Source: a virus (taxonomy: Duplodnaviria; Caudoviricetes). From it: a stretch of 48,580 nucleotides of DNA. Of this stretch, positions 19,301-26,737 are shown in pieces. Numbering within the stretch: the stretch's first letter is position 1; each line of letters opens with the position of its first letter. The notes beneath the pieces are model-generated. The model made no database searches. It saw nothing but the letters and a program-made list of their open reading frames with translations, and was not told the origin of the DNA. The stretch covers positions 1 through 48,580 of IMG/VR virus record IMGVR_UViG_3300035686_000080; one strand, 5' to 3'. The position numbers were made by a program, and so were the translations under genes.

Positions 19301-19956
19301 AGCCGGGTGGCGAACTGGCCCTGGTCGACGTTCGGGGTGACGCTCAGCCCGTTCAGCTGGGCTTGCAGCCGCGCGATCCGAGCCGTGGCCGCCGCGGTGT
19401 TGAACTGGACGTCGATGTCGGTCGACTGCGCCCGCAGGGCTTGCAGCTCCCCCTGGAGCGCCGCCATCGCCCGCATGGCGTCCTCGGCGCTGATGTCCAC
19501 GCCGATGCGCTGCCTGCTCAGCGCCTCCATCTGCGCGCGGACCTCTTGCAGCTGCCGGTCCACGTCCGACGTGTCGGCGTCGACCTCGATGTCCGGGATC
19601 GCGGCCAGCGTCTCCCGCAGCCCGCGGGAGAACTGGGCGCCGAAATCGCGGCCGGCGATGCCGCCCTGCCGGCCGGTACGCCGCTGCAACTCCTCGATCT
19701 GCCGCTGGGCGGCGGTGAGGTCGAAACGCAGCGTGGTGTTCTCGTTGCCCAGCGCCTCCAGCCGGGCACGCAGGGCAGCCAGGTCGGCCTGTAGCGCCGC
19801 CTGGTTCGTGGTGATGCGCACGACGGGGTTGACCCGGCCGAGCGCTTCCGCGCGCCGCTGCGCTTCCTCCAGCTCCCGCGCCCACTCCGGCCCACCGGCG
19901 ATACGGAGGTGAGCGACGATGCCGCCGACGCTCGTCTCGTCAGTCGGTGCGGTCAC
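16369..19956 (-). CDS. Tape measure protein, 1195 aa
   Basis: Long Ala-rich helical ORF with hydrophobic segment, internal repeats and FADGG.V.GPG...D motif. Confidence 0.92.
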   Translation of the reverse strand: MTAPTDETSVGGIVAHLRIAGGPEWARELEEAQRRAEALGRVNPVVRITTNQAALQADLAALRARLEALGNENTTLRFDLTAAQRQIEELQRRTGRQGGIAGRDFGAQFSRGLRETLAAIPDIEVDADTSDVDRQLQEVRAQMEALSRQRIGVDISAEDAMRAMAALQGELQALRAQSTDIDVQFNTAAATARIARLQAQLNGLSVTPNVDQGQFATRLARAIREASAALPKIDVDADSTPAQRELAEIRARMVALGQQKIGVDISAADAAAKLRALQVELDHLSHKAKDDLQIRVDTAAAAAKLAALHVQMNGLNGASRVGTSGGIGSGPLIFGAIIAGASLAGPLVGAATAGVLGLTGALGGAALAYKGLADAEARETSTGQKLRAQFKGIGAELSQLQVVAADRAAPGVLGALGKIRAYMPSLQGPIAGLARHLGQALNIGAGGTVTALRVMQPLLEDGGKGAEFLAQKWADFAGSPKFAEFVAYARRELPEVAEDLGDITEGLVDTAVALEPIGTGILDITAKLMRGVDTALDFGGAVADAARKGASLFNDPISRRSGGDEDRRNAAVKQAAQAAGMVAEYERRAAVARQRAAEATKAQESTLQALATRYGTTVPTLQAVIEAEGKTADQLAMTTLAMQRQNDVSGLLKLALDELSGKQLTSAQTQNAFDQAVISGARALESQKEATKDLAAEHRHAATSVTGLSEAAVANRGNLLSQVTAAMAAAGASGDLARSSDAAKARLAVLRQQIIDNAVAHGANREEVTKFINTFLDLNKLKPARTTAEFNADAARARIAEFRSFLNTLPKSIRQGVLVHGIESAEYQLQLLARNRTARINVVTSGGVSYQQSVGGRQAFADGGTVQGPGGPREDKVLMWASPGEEVINAAAAGRHRALLKAINAGKFADGGTVGSGIYTLTPTLTESRAKAKAKAKKTKTAKPKVITDAITVTAGGGQAYGIASFIRGQIPSVAQATRLLSLAVDNAFTLKGMQARVAAIRANLTRMREEQQSLASGVSTKLAEGADPAQFGSIGNYTAYLQAKAAQNENYGTTLAKLRGSGAIPADLLARFAKDGPSPILDSLAGGSRSDIAALVKANERFDRSVHGGSRQAAAIYGPPIARDTANLSRALAQSARTETAIVNAVLQLARITNKPIEVKLDGKRIAHAQFAGGELQGVINDLRRLLVTGRSGD

Positions 19957-20308
19957 GGTCGCTCACCCCCTCGTCGTCTGGTGGTCGGAAGTGCCGGGAG
20001 AGGCGGGTGTCGGCGTACAGGAGGCCCTTCACGCGGGTGGAGAACCACCGCCAGGACTTGCGGCGCCACACCTCTTCGAGGTCGACGCCGTACTCGGAGT
20101 GGAAATCAGCCTCGATCAGGACCCATTGGGCGATGAGGTCTGGCCAGGTGTGAGCTGGTCGGAGATCATCGTCGGGATCGGCTCCGGCTGGGCGTTCGTA
20201 CCAGGACCAGAGCCCGGTGAGGGCGTCGTAGACCCCTCGTCCGGCTGGGTCGTCGGCTGGGTCTCCGGTCCACGGTTCGCCGCCGCCTGGGCGGCTTCCG
20301 CTTCCGGG
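19940..20308 (-). CDS. Tail assembly chaperone, C-terminal part reached by probable -1 frameshift
   Basis: Open -1 frame with W..IEADF...YGVDL...SWRWF..RV.GLL..DTRL; overlaps the upstream chaperone ORF; no obvious independent start. Confidence 0.7.
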   Translation of the reverse strand, partial: PGSGSRPGGGEPWTGDPADDPAGRGVYDALTGLWSWYERPAGADPDDDLRPAHTWPDLIAQWVLIEADFHSEYGVDLEEVWRRKSWRWFSTRVKGLLYADTRLSRHFRPPDDEGVSDRDRTD

Positions 20309-20622
20309 TTCGAGCCCTCGTCCCAGGCCTTCAAGGCCGCCGCCCGCCCGTACTCGATGTCGATCATCGCCACAAAGCCGGCCCGAGCTAGCGCCGGATA
20401 GCCCACGTTGTCGGCGACAAGGTGGTCCCACGCCGAGCCCAGCGCTCGCTGCCACAGGTACTCCGGCCGCTTGCTATCAAGATCAGTGTTCGTCCCTCGG
20501 AAAACCCCCGACACCTCGAGGCCGACCTCGATGCTCGGTTCCGGAATCTCGTAGACCTTGCCCTTGATCGGCAGGCGGAGCAGCGGGTCCGCGAACTCGG
20601 AGAAGTCGCGCAGGTCGCCCAT
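20116..20622 (-). CDS. Tail assembly chaperone, 168 aa
   Basis: Between major tail and tape measure; L.LPI.GK.Y.IP motif; low-complexity tail after NPE. Confidence 0.8.
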   Translation of the reverse strand: MGDLRDFSEFADPLLRLPIKGKVYEIPEPSIEVGLEVSGVFRGTNTDLDSKRPEYLWQRALGSAWDHLVADNVGYPALARAGFVAMIDIEYGRAAALKAWDEGSNPEAEAAQAAANRGPETQPTTQPDEGSTTPSPGSGPGTNAQPEPIPTMISDQLTPGQTSSPNGS

Positions 20623-21377
20623 CAGTAGACGGCCAGGGTGGGGTCTGCCAGCACCGGGTTGACGACCTTGTTGCGGGCGCCCTGCCCCTTCAAGGTGAAC
20701 CCGGCGGTGTCGATCGACGCCTTGGGGCCGCCGTTCGGGGTCCAGGTCACGGTTGCGAGGCCCTGGTATGCCTCCTCGCCGCCGTTGAGGTCGTACCAGA
20801 GGCAGTCGACCAGGCCGGCCAGACCTTCCTTGTCCTCGGCGGCGCGGATGATCTCCTGCCCGGGGTCGTAGGCGCCGGAGACGGCCCCGAGGCCGCGCTT
20901 GACCGTGCCGCTGTTGGACCACTTGCCCTGCACCTTGGCGTCGGAGCCCCAGAAGCCGCTGGAGTAGTCGGAGTCATCGACTTCGGTGATCGCCACGCCC
21001 GGCTTGTAGTCGGTCATCCCGCGAACGGGAACGCGCGGAGCGGTGCTACCGGCCGGACGGACGTCGAGGCGGAACCGGGCCGGCGACTGGCTGATCAGTG
21101 CCTCCGGCGCCACCTGCAGCGTGTAGACCATCGAGTCCGAGGCGGTGACGTCGCCGGTGGTGGCGTCGAGGAACCGCACCGGGAAGGACCCGGCGGCCGA
21201 CTGCGGCGGGGTGCGGAACGTCAGCGCGGTCCCGGTCGGGGTGCCGACGATCTGCGCCGGCACGTTGTTCACCAGCACGTTCTTCACGGTGTTCAGGCCG
21301 GTGCCGACCACGTCCACCAGCACGCCGCCGAGCGTGGTGCTCGCGGTCGGGGTGATCGAGGTGATGACGATCGCCAT
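20622..21377 (-). CDS. Major tail (tube) protein with N-terminal IPT/TIG domain
   Basis: ITSITPT.....GG..V.V.GTG (IPT/TIG), then DDSDY....W.S...YDPGQE...WYD..G..AY.G.A.V...L.GQG tube motifs; GGAG RBS. Confidence 0.85.
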   Translation of the reverse strand: MAIVITSITPTASTTLGGVLVDVVGTGLNTVKNVLVNNVPAQIVGTPTGTALTFRTPPQSAAGSFPVRFLDATTGDVTASDSMVYTLQVAPEALISQSPARFRLDVRPAGSTAPRVPVRGMTDYKPGVAITEVDDSDYSSGFWGSDAKVQGKWSNSGTVKRGLGAVSGAYDPGQEIIRAAEDKEGLAGLVDCLWYDLNGGEEAYQGLATVTWTPNGGPKASIDTAGFTLKGQGARNKVVNPVLADPTLAVY

Positions 21378-21450
21378 GATCAGGTCTCCTTGGTGTTGAG
21401 GGCATGGCAGGGAACCCGAGACATAGCGTCACGGGGTGGAACGGTTCGCG

Positions 21451-21512
21451 GGTGTATGAACACCACTATGGACAGGTGTATATACACCTGCTAGTGTTGG
21501 TGTATGAACACC
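21451..21512. promoter_or_regulatory. Three 14-bp palindromic operator boxes at 24-bp spacing, overlapping a leaderless promoter
   Basis: GGTGTATGAACACC (21451), GGTGTATATACACC (21475), GGTGTATGAACACC (21499); TGGACA(21469)-N17-TAGTGT(21492)-N6-ATG(21504). Confidence 0.8.
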
Positions 21513-21836
21513 GCAGCGGTAGAGGCCAAGCAGGAGATCAACCCCGGATGGGGCGAGGACTACGGCTGCGGCCGGGTCGCCTACGTCGTGCCCGGCACCG
21601 GCACCTACGTCTGGATGTTCCGCAAGGGGCAGCGGGTCCGGTCCTTCGACGCACGCGGTAACCAGGTCGGCCCGGAACACAAGAACGTCGCGCCGGCTTG
21701 CTACTGGGCCGCTGCGAACGCCTGGGTCGACCCCTTCCTGCCGAACCTGTCGCTGGCCTGCATCACCGAGGTCCGGAGTCAGTTGGCCGACCGGCGGCTG
21801 GAAGCGCTGGCGAAGCAGGAGAAGGGCGTTGCCTGA
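21504..21836 (+). CDS. Hypothetical protein, 110 aa (moron cargo)
   Basis: GC3-rich ORF opposite to the late operon, with its own promoter. Confidence 0.75.
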   Translation: MNTAAVEAKQEINPGWGEDYGCGRVAYVVPGTGTYVWMFRKGQRVRSFDARGNQVGPEHKNVAPACYWAAANAWVDPFLPNLSLACITEVRSQLADRRLEALAKQEKGVA

Positions 21837-21870
21837 GCGCGGCGTTCATACGCCTGGCACACTTCACCGC

Positions 21871-22020
21871 GTGCCGAATGCCCCGAAAACGAAGATTCGT
21901 GGAGTCCGTGTGCCGGACGAACTATGGCTCCCGGCGCAGGCGAAGGCGGCCGAGCGCGGCGAGGATCTGAGCACCGTAATCCGCGCCGCCCTGGAGCGCT
22001 ACGTCAAGCGCAAGAACTAG
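21871..22020 (+). CDS. Ribbon-helix-helix DNA-binding protein, 49 aa
   Basis: MPNAPKTKIRGVRVPDELW..AQAKA..RGE.LS.VIR.ALERYV; operator variant GGCGTTCATACGCC at 21841-21854. Confidence 0.85.
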   Translation: MPNAPKTKIRGVRVPDELWLPAQAKAAERGEDLSTVIRAALERYVKRKN

Positions 22021-22469
22021 GCGGTGCGGCCAGGGGTGGGCCGGATGGCCCTGATCCGGAAGTTCTGGGACATCTGCGACCGGCCGTTGGCGTCGACACC
22101 GACCGGCAGGCATGACTTCTGGGTCACCATCACGATCGGGATGCCGGCCAGCTCGAACCCGCCACAGCCGTGAAGCAGCTCGAACGCCCGGTCAGCCGCC
22201 GCGACTACGCTGTCACGGTCGTTGCGCCGGCCGCGGTGCCACAGCTGGGCCAGCACGTCGATGTCCGACAGTGCCGGGTCGGCGGTGCTGTCGTAGACGT
22301 TCAGCTCGACCGCCTCATCGAAGTCCGACGGCATCGGGCCGGTGAAGACCGGCCGCACGTCACCCGACTGGTACGGGTCGGTGGGCCGGTATGTCCAGAA
22401 CCCGGTGTCGGCGAGGTGCTGCGCCAGTCCGGTCAGCAGCCGGTTCGTCCACGACTCAGGCTCCGCCAT
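22017..22469 (-). CDS. Tail terminator-like protein
   Basis: GLAQHLA..G, P...D.AV.L..Y, G.D.NGR...S.NF motifs; precedes major tail. Confidence 0.75.
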   Translation of the reverse strand: MAEPESWTNRLLTGLAQHLADTGFWTYRPTDPYQSGDVRPVFTGPMPSDFDEAVELNVYDSTADPALSDIDVLAQLWHRGRRNDRDSVVAAADRAFELLHGCGGFELAGIPIVMVTQKSCLPVGVDANGRSQMSQNFRIRAIRPTPGRTA

Positions 22470-22822
22470 CAGATCGCCTCGCCGATGACCCGGGCGGCGA
22501 TCTGCTTGGCCATCTCCGCGCCGGCCAGCATGGCCAGCTCGAGGAACTTCGCGTTGCCGTGCGGGTGCGCGGCGGACAGGATCTCGTGGACGAAGATCGC
22601 GTAGCCGATGTAGTACCCGAGCCAGCCGGTGTCTTCGATCTCAGCCTCAGGGGAGATGGCTCGCGACTGGAGCAGCGCACCGGTGTCCCGCGGGGTCTGG
22701 GCGTCGGACAGGTCGCCCAGGTGTTCCAGGCCGGCGTGGATCGCGGCCGGCCGTGCGGCCAGAGTGCGCGCGGCCACGGCCCGGAGGTCGAGGTCGATGT
22801 CGAACGTGAGGCCGCCCTGCAT
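22469..22822 (-). CDS. HK97 gp10-like neck protein
   Basis: TPRDTGAL..S, YA.FVHE, H..G.AKFLE motifs. Confidence 0.8.
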   Translation of the reverse strand: MQGGLTFDIDLDLRAVAARTLAARPAAIHAGLEHLGDLSDAQTPRDTGALLQSRAISPEAEIEDTGWLGYYIGYAIFVHEILSAAHPHGNAKFLELAMLAGAEMAKQIAARVIGEAI

Positions 22823-23160
22823 CAGGTGAGCCAGACGCGGCAATGATCAACGTCGGGGTCGCCGATCTCGTTGCGGCTGACCTTGATCACTCTCGCCGTC
22901 CGGTCTGGCAGCTTCACGGCGGCCCCTGGCTCGTACAGCCCTGCCTTGTCCAGGTCGTCGAAGAGGGAGGACTCCGACGTCTCCTCGGCGCCGTTGGCGC
23001 TGCGCACCGTCTCGCGGGCGTCCTCGAGGTACACGTCTCGGTCTACCGGGTCGCCCGCCACGGGCCCGCGGCTGCTAGATCCGCCGACCGGGGTGACGGT
23101 GATTCGGGTCAGCTTGAAGCCCATGCCCTCAGCGAAGGCGGAGACGGTCGGGCTGGCCAT
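22822..23160 (-). CDS. Head-closure (stopper) protein
   Basis: Position and VR.A.G.E..S motif; coupled start/stop. Confidence 0.7.
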   Translation of the reverse strand: MASPTVSAFAEGMGFKLTRITVTPVGGSSSRGPVAGDPVDRDVYLEDARETVRSANGAEETSESSLFDDLDKAGLYEPGAAVKLPDRTARVIKVSRNEIGDPDVDHCRVWLT

Positions 23161-23621
23161 CAGTACCAGCCGAGCTCGCTGGTCGGGATCTCCGTCGCTT
23201 CGGGCACGACCGAGCCTCCAGCGGCGATCTCGAAGCCGCCGATAAGGTCGGCCGCCTCCAGGATCGCGATCGCGGTCGGGCACAGCGAGCCCGCGATCGA
23301 CTGCCGGGCCCGGAACGCGGTCACGGACGCCGACAGTGACGTGTCGTACTCCAGTCGGGCCGTGCCGACCGCCTTCGCCTGGAGCGGCGCGGAGTCGCTG
23401 AGGCCGCCAGACGCCGGGTCAATGCCAGATTCCACCCACGACGCGACCTGGGCGCACGTCGCATCACGCAGTGCGCCTGTGTCGGCGGAGTCGCTACCGG
23501 CGACAGCGGCCGTGACGAGCGCCGACGCCGCCCGGAGCAGGGAGCCCACGTTGTCCGGCGTCCTGGTCACCCACGGCGGATCTGTCTCGACAAGGTCGGC
23601 GACCGTGGCATGGATCTGCAC
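23160..23621 (-). CDS. Head-to-tail adaptor
   Basis: HAT..DL, LL..AS.LV, ALRDATCAQV..W, L.P.A..IL motifs. Confidence 0.75.
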   Translation of the reverse strand: MQIHATVADLVETDPPWVTRTPDNVGSLLRAASALVTAAVAGSDSADTGALRDATCAQVASWVESGIDPASGGLSDSAPLQAKAVGTARLEYDTSLSASVTAFRARQSIAGSLCPTAIAILEAADLIGGFEIAAGGSVVPEATEIPTSELGWY

Positions 23622-23624
23622 AGG

Positions 23625-23810
23625 TCAGGCCTGCTCTCGCCGCGGAGTCTTCTTGGCCGCTGCGGGCTTGGCCGGCTCAGACACCGTGACCGTGCCCGCC
23701 GCGGGCTGCGGTGGCGACTCCGGGAGCCGGTCACGGATCTCGGTGAGCACCCCGTGGATCGCCGCGAGGTATTCATCGGTCACCGTGACCGGCGCGTGGA
23801 GTGCAGCCAT
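23625..23810 (-). CDS. Small hypothetical protein after capsid, 61 aa
   Basis: TGATG coupling to capsid stop; P.TVTDEYLAAI motif. Confidence 0.6.
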   Translation of the reverse strand: MAALHAPVTVTDEYLAAIHGVLTEIRDRLPESPPQPAAGTVTVSEPAKPAAAKKTPRREQA

Positions 23811-24997
23811 CAGCTGCCGGAGCCGTTCGACGCGACGGCCGACTTGGTGTCCAGCAGGGTGCCGCCGAAGACGTGGCGGAGCTTGTACTGGATGGAGTCG
23901 GTGTCGAAGTCGCCGTCCATCGGCGAGGTGAGGCCACCGCCGACGCGGATGGCGTCGGAGGATTTCATGAACAGCTGCGGGGCGTCGTAGCCGTTCAGGA
24001 AGCCGATCTCGCTGATCGGCCGGCCGGCGCCGCCCGGGGCCTGCAGCAGGTACCAGGCGGTGTCGCCGCGGGTGGTGTCGATGACCGGCAGCCACGGGTT
24101 GACGACCAGGGTGACCTTGTTCTTCATCCAGTTCGCGACCGTGAGCTGGTCGTTCTCGGTGCCGTCACCGCCGCCGCTCGCGGCGAGGATCTGGGTGGCG
24201 TTGATGATGTTCCGCGCGACCACCTCCAGTGCCGGCGGGACCATCAACACGGCGGCGTCGATCACGATCGGGTTGCCGTCGGTGTCACGGTGCTTGGACA
24301 GCAGCGTGAACGCTGCCTGCAGGGCGGTGATCGACAGTGCCGGGTTGCCGGTCAGCAGGTTGCCGTTCCCGGAGGTGAAGAACGTCGAGTTCGGTCCGGT
24401 CGATGAGACGAAGAGCTTCGTCGCGAACACCGACTCCGAGTTGCGGGCCGAGACGGCCAGGTTGCGCGGCAGCCGGGACATGATGTCGAGGTCGTCGTTG
24501 ACCAACGTCTCCCATGTGAGCTGGAACCGCTTGCCCTTCTTCGTCACCCGGTAGGTGAACGGGGCCAGGTCAGGGATCGAGTCCTCCGGGTACTCGTTCT
24601 TCTCCGGCACCTCCGGCAGTAGGCCCATCCCGCCGTCGACGGTGTAGCGCTTGACCTCCCGGAAGTCCCGGACCCGGCTGGTGCGGGCGAACGAGCGCCA
24701 CACGGGCTCAGCCTGCTGGTAGTCGGCCAGCACCTGGCGGTCGAGGATGTCCGAGAACAGGATCGGGAAGTCGGAGGTGGTCATCGCCTCCTGCAGGTGG
24801 TAGCTGGGCCGCCGGCCGGTTAGAACCTCCTGCAGGAACGTCGCGCACTCGGCGAGGGACTGCACGTAGGCCGGGTCCTGCGACCGGCGTAGCGAGCGCA
24901 CCGGGCGCCCGCCGCCGTCCTCGCGGCTGGCGAACAGCCGGGTGACGGAGGCTTCCGCGGCCTGGATCGTCTCCAGGGTTTCGAGCAGTTCGGGCAT
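23810..24997 (-). CDS. Major capsid protein (Mu gpT-like), 395 aa
   Basis: EAMTTSDFP.L, V.DF, K.G....TWE..VNDDL, L.VPP.LE, GFL.G...P, D....K.RH.FGG. Confidence 0.9.
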   Translation of the reverse strand: MPELLETLETIQAAEASVTRLFASREDGGGRPVRSLRRSQDPAYVQSLAECATFLQEVLTGRRPSYHLQEAMTTSDFPILFSDILDRQVLADYQQAEPVWRSFARTSRVRDFREVKRYTVDGGMGLLPEVPEKNEYPEDSIPDLAPFTYRVTKKGKRFQLTWETLVNDDLDIMSRLPRNLAVSARNSESVFATKLFVSSTGPNSTFFTSGNGNLLTGNPALSITALQAAFTLLSKHRDTDGNPIVIDAAVLMVPPALEVVARNIINATQILAASGGGDGTENDQLTVANWMKNKVTLVVNPWLPVIDTTRGDTAWYLLQAPGGAGRPISEIGFLNGYDAPQLFMKSSDAIRVGGGLTSPMDGDFDTDSIQYKLRHVFGGTLLDTKSAVASNGSGS

Positions 24998-25010
24998 GAT
25001 TCTTCGCCTC

Positions 25011-25382
25011 TCAGACCGCGCCGTTGAGGCGGACTCGGATGGTGGTGGTGGCACCGCTGGCCACGGGGTCGAGCGCGGTGCCGTACTTGACGCCGGTGGC
25101 CTTGGCGGACAGGTTCGGGGTGTCGGCGTCGACGTAGAACACCGTGTCGCCGGGTGCGATCGCGGTGTTGCCGGAGCCGTTGACGCCCTTCACCGACAGG
25201 TCGAACACGCCGACGAAGGCAGTGCTGGTGTTGTTGGCGCTGTTGCCGCCCTTGCCCTTGTCGGTCTGGGCGACGCCGCCGAGCTGCCCGAGACGCCCGG
25301 GATCTCCGGACTTCGGGTTGGCGGGGTGAGTGAGCTGGACGCTCAGTTCATCGCCGTGGTTGAAGATCTGGTTGGTGGACAT
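25011..25382 (-). CDS. Capsid cement/decoration protein (DUF2190-like)
   Basis: M.TN....G, SGDP...G.L.GVA.TD, GVF.L.V, GD.VFY, G.AL, VRL. Confidence 0.8.
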   Translation of the reverse strand: MSTNQIFNHGDELSVQLTHPANPKSGDPGRLGQLGGVAQTDKGKGGNSANNTSTAFVGVFDLSVKGVNGSGNTAIAPGDTVFYVDADTPNLSAKATGVKYGTALDPVASGATTTIRVRLNGAV

Positions 25383-25387
25383 CGTGG

Positions 25388-26737
25388 TCAGCGCCTTCCT
25401 GCGGCCGCGATGGCCGCCGCGTCGTCGCTCATGCCGAAGCCCTTCAGTGCCTCAGTGAGCTGGGTGGTGGCCTCAGCGAGCTTCTGCTGCTCGGCAGGCG
25501 GGGTGCTTCCGCCGCCAAGGCCGCGGGGGCGGCCCGCGCCCATCTGCTCGGCCAGGGTGGCGACGAAGGCGGCCTCGGCGGTGATGACCTGGGCGACCTG
25601 TGTGTCGAACGCATTGCCGTCCAGTTCGCCCGCCTCGGTGAGTGGCAGGCTGGAGACGGCGCGCTCACGGATGCGGTCCTGGATGGCGGCGGGCAGTGCC
25701 CGGGCCGCCTCGGTGGCGAGCGCGGTGTCGAGCCGGCCGCGGGCCACGCCGGCGGCGGTGAGCAGGTTCGCCCGCCTCTCGGCCTCGGCCGCGCGGCTCT
25801 CCGCGTCAGCGGCGCGCTGCTCGGCGGCGGTCACGGCCTGCTCGGCCGTGGTGGTTCGCGCGGCGGACTCGCGCAGGCCGCGCAGCTCCGCCTCAGGGAC
25901 TTCAGGCATGGTTCTTCCTTCCTGGGTGGTGGTTGAGACGGGCTGCGCCGGAGGCGTGGTGCCGACGGGCAGGTACTGGGTGTGCACGTACACCTCGATG
26001 GGCTCGCCGCTGAACTGGACGGCTCCGTCGACGACGGTGTAGTGGACCTGCAGCAGGTCGTCGACGTCTGCTCCGCTGCGCTCGAACACGACCCAGTCGT
26101 CGGTGTAGTCGCGCACCCAGCAATAGAGCTGGTCGGCGCCGTAGGAGTCGGAGACAGCGGAGCGGAGCAGGTCGCGCTGGTCGGAGGCGGTCAGGCCGTG
26201 ACCCTCCGCGGCGCGGCGGCGCGCCGCATGCTCAAGGAGCTGTAGCACCCGGCCGCCGCGGCCGGCGTGGCTGACGAAGTCGACCGAATAGCCTTCGATC
26301 AGTGCGGAGAACACCAGCCCCTTACGGCCGTCCGCCTCGCCCTGCTCGCCTACCGCCGCCCCGGTGATCGACAGGCCGATGCTCGGGGCCAGTTCGCTGA
26401 CCATGTCGCGGTACGGACCGAGCACCTGGATGTCGGCCTCCAGCGCTTGGGTGGCCGGGTTGTACGTCGCTCCGCTGGTGGTGACGGCGGCGAGGTCGCG
26501 CACAGAGCGGATGCCCCCGCGGTCGGCCTGCTCGGTGTAGCCGGCGTGGTCGAGGTACATGTGCGTGCCGGCAGGAAACGCGGTCGCCCCGTCGCGCTGC
26601 AGCATCTCGGCGGGGTAGTAGCCGGACGATCCCCAGCCGGCGTCGATCAGCTGGACGCGGAAGCGGCCGGACTGGCCGGCGGCGCGGGCTGCCTCAACGG
26701 GCAGAGCCTGGCGGGCCTCACTGATCGCGCGTGGCAT
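25388..26737 (-). CDS. Capsid maturation protease / scaffold fusion, 449 aa
   Basis: I.AGWGSSGYYP, MYLDH, RSVRDLA, IGLSI, SVDFV..AGRGG.V; coiled-coil C-terminus. Confidence 0.85.
   Translation of the reverse strand: MPRAISEARQALPVEAARAAGQSGRFRVQLIDAGWGSSGYYPAEMLQRDGATAFPAGTHMYLDHAGYTEQADRGGIRSVRDLAAVTTSGATYNPATQALEADIQVLGPYRDMVSELAPSIGLSITGAAVGEQGEADGRKGLVFSALIEGYSVDFVSHAGRGGRVLQLLEHAARRRAAEGHGLTASDQRDLLRSAVSDSYGADQLYCWVRDYTDDWVVFERSGADVDDLLQVHYTVVDGAVQFSGEPIEVYVHTQYLPVGTTPPAQPVSTTTQEGRTMPEVPEAELRGLRESAARTTTAEQAVTAAEQRAADAESRAAEAERRANLLTAAGVARGRLDTALATEAARALPAAIQDRIRERAVSSLPLTEAGELDGNAFDTQVAQVITAEAAFVATLAEQMGAGRPRGLGGGSTPPAEQQKLAEATTQLTEALKGFGMSDDAAAIAAAGRR

Noticed and set aside
19020-19600. 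Internal duplication in the tape measure protein (two IDVDAD...IGVDISA...NGL-type units) and twin FADGGTV motifs
   Set aside because: Repeats are a normal feature of tape measure proteins.
17857-19794. Long + strand ORFs (645 aa here; also 6044-7648, 28471-29805 and many others)
   Set aside because: Antisense shadows of high-GC3 genes; no motifs, and the opposite strand carries recognisable phage proteins.
21451-21512. CRISPR-like mini-array
   Set aside because: Repeats are 14 bp with 10-bp spacers, overlap a promoter, and no cas genes are present; operator array fits better.
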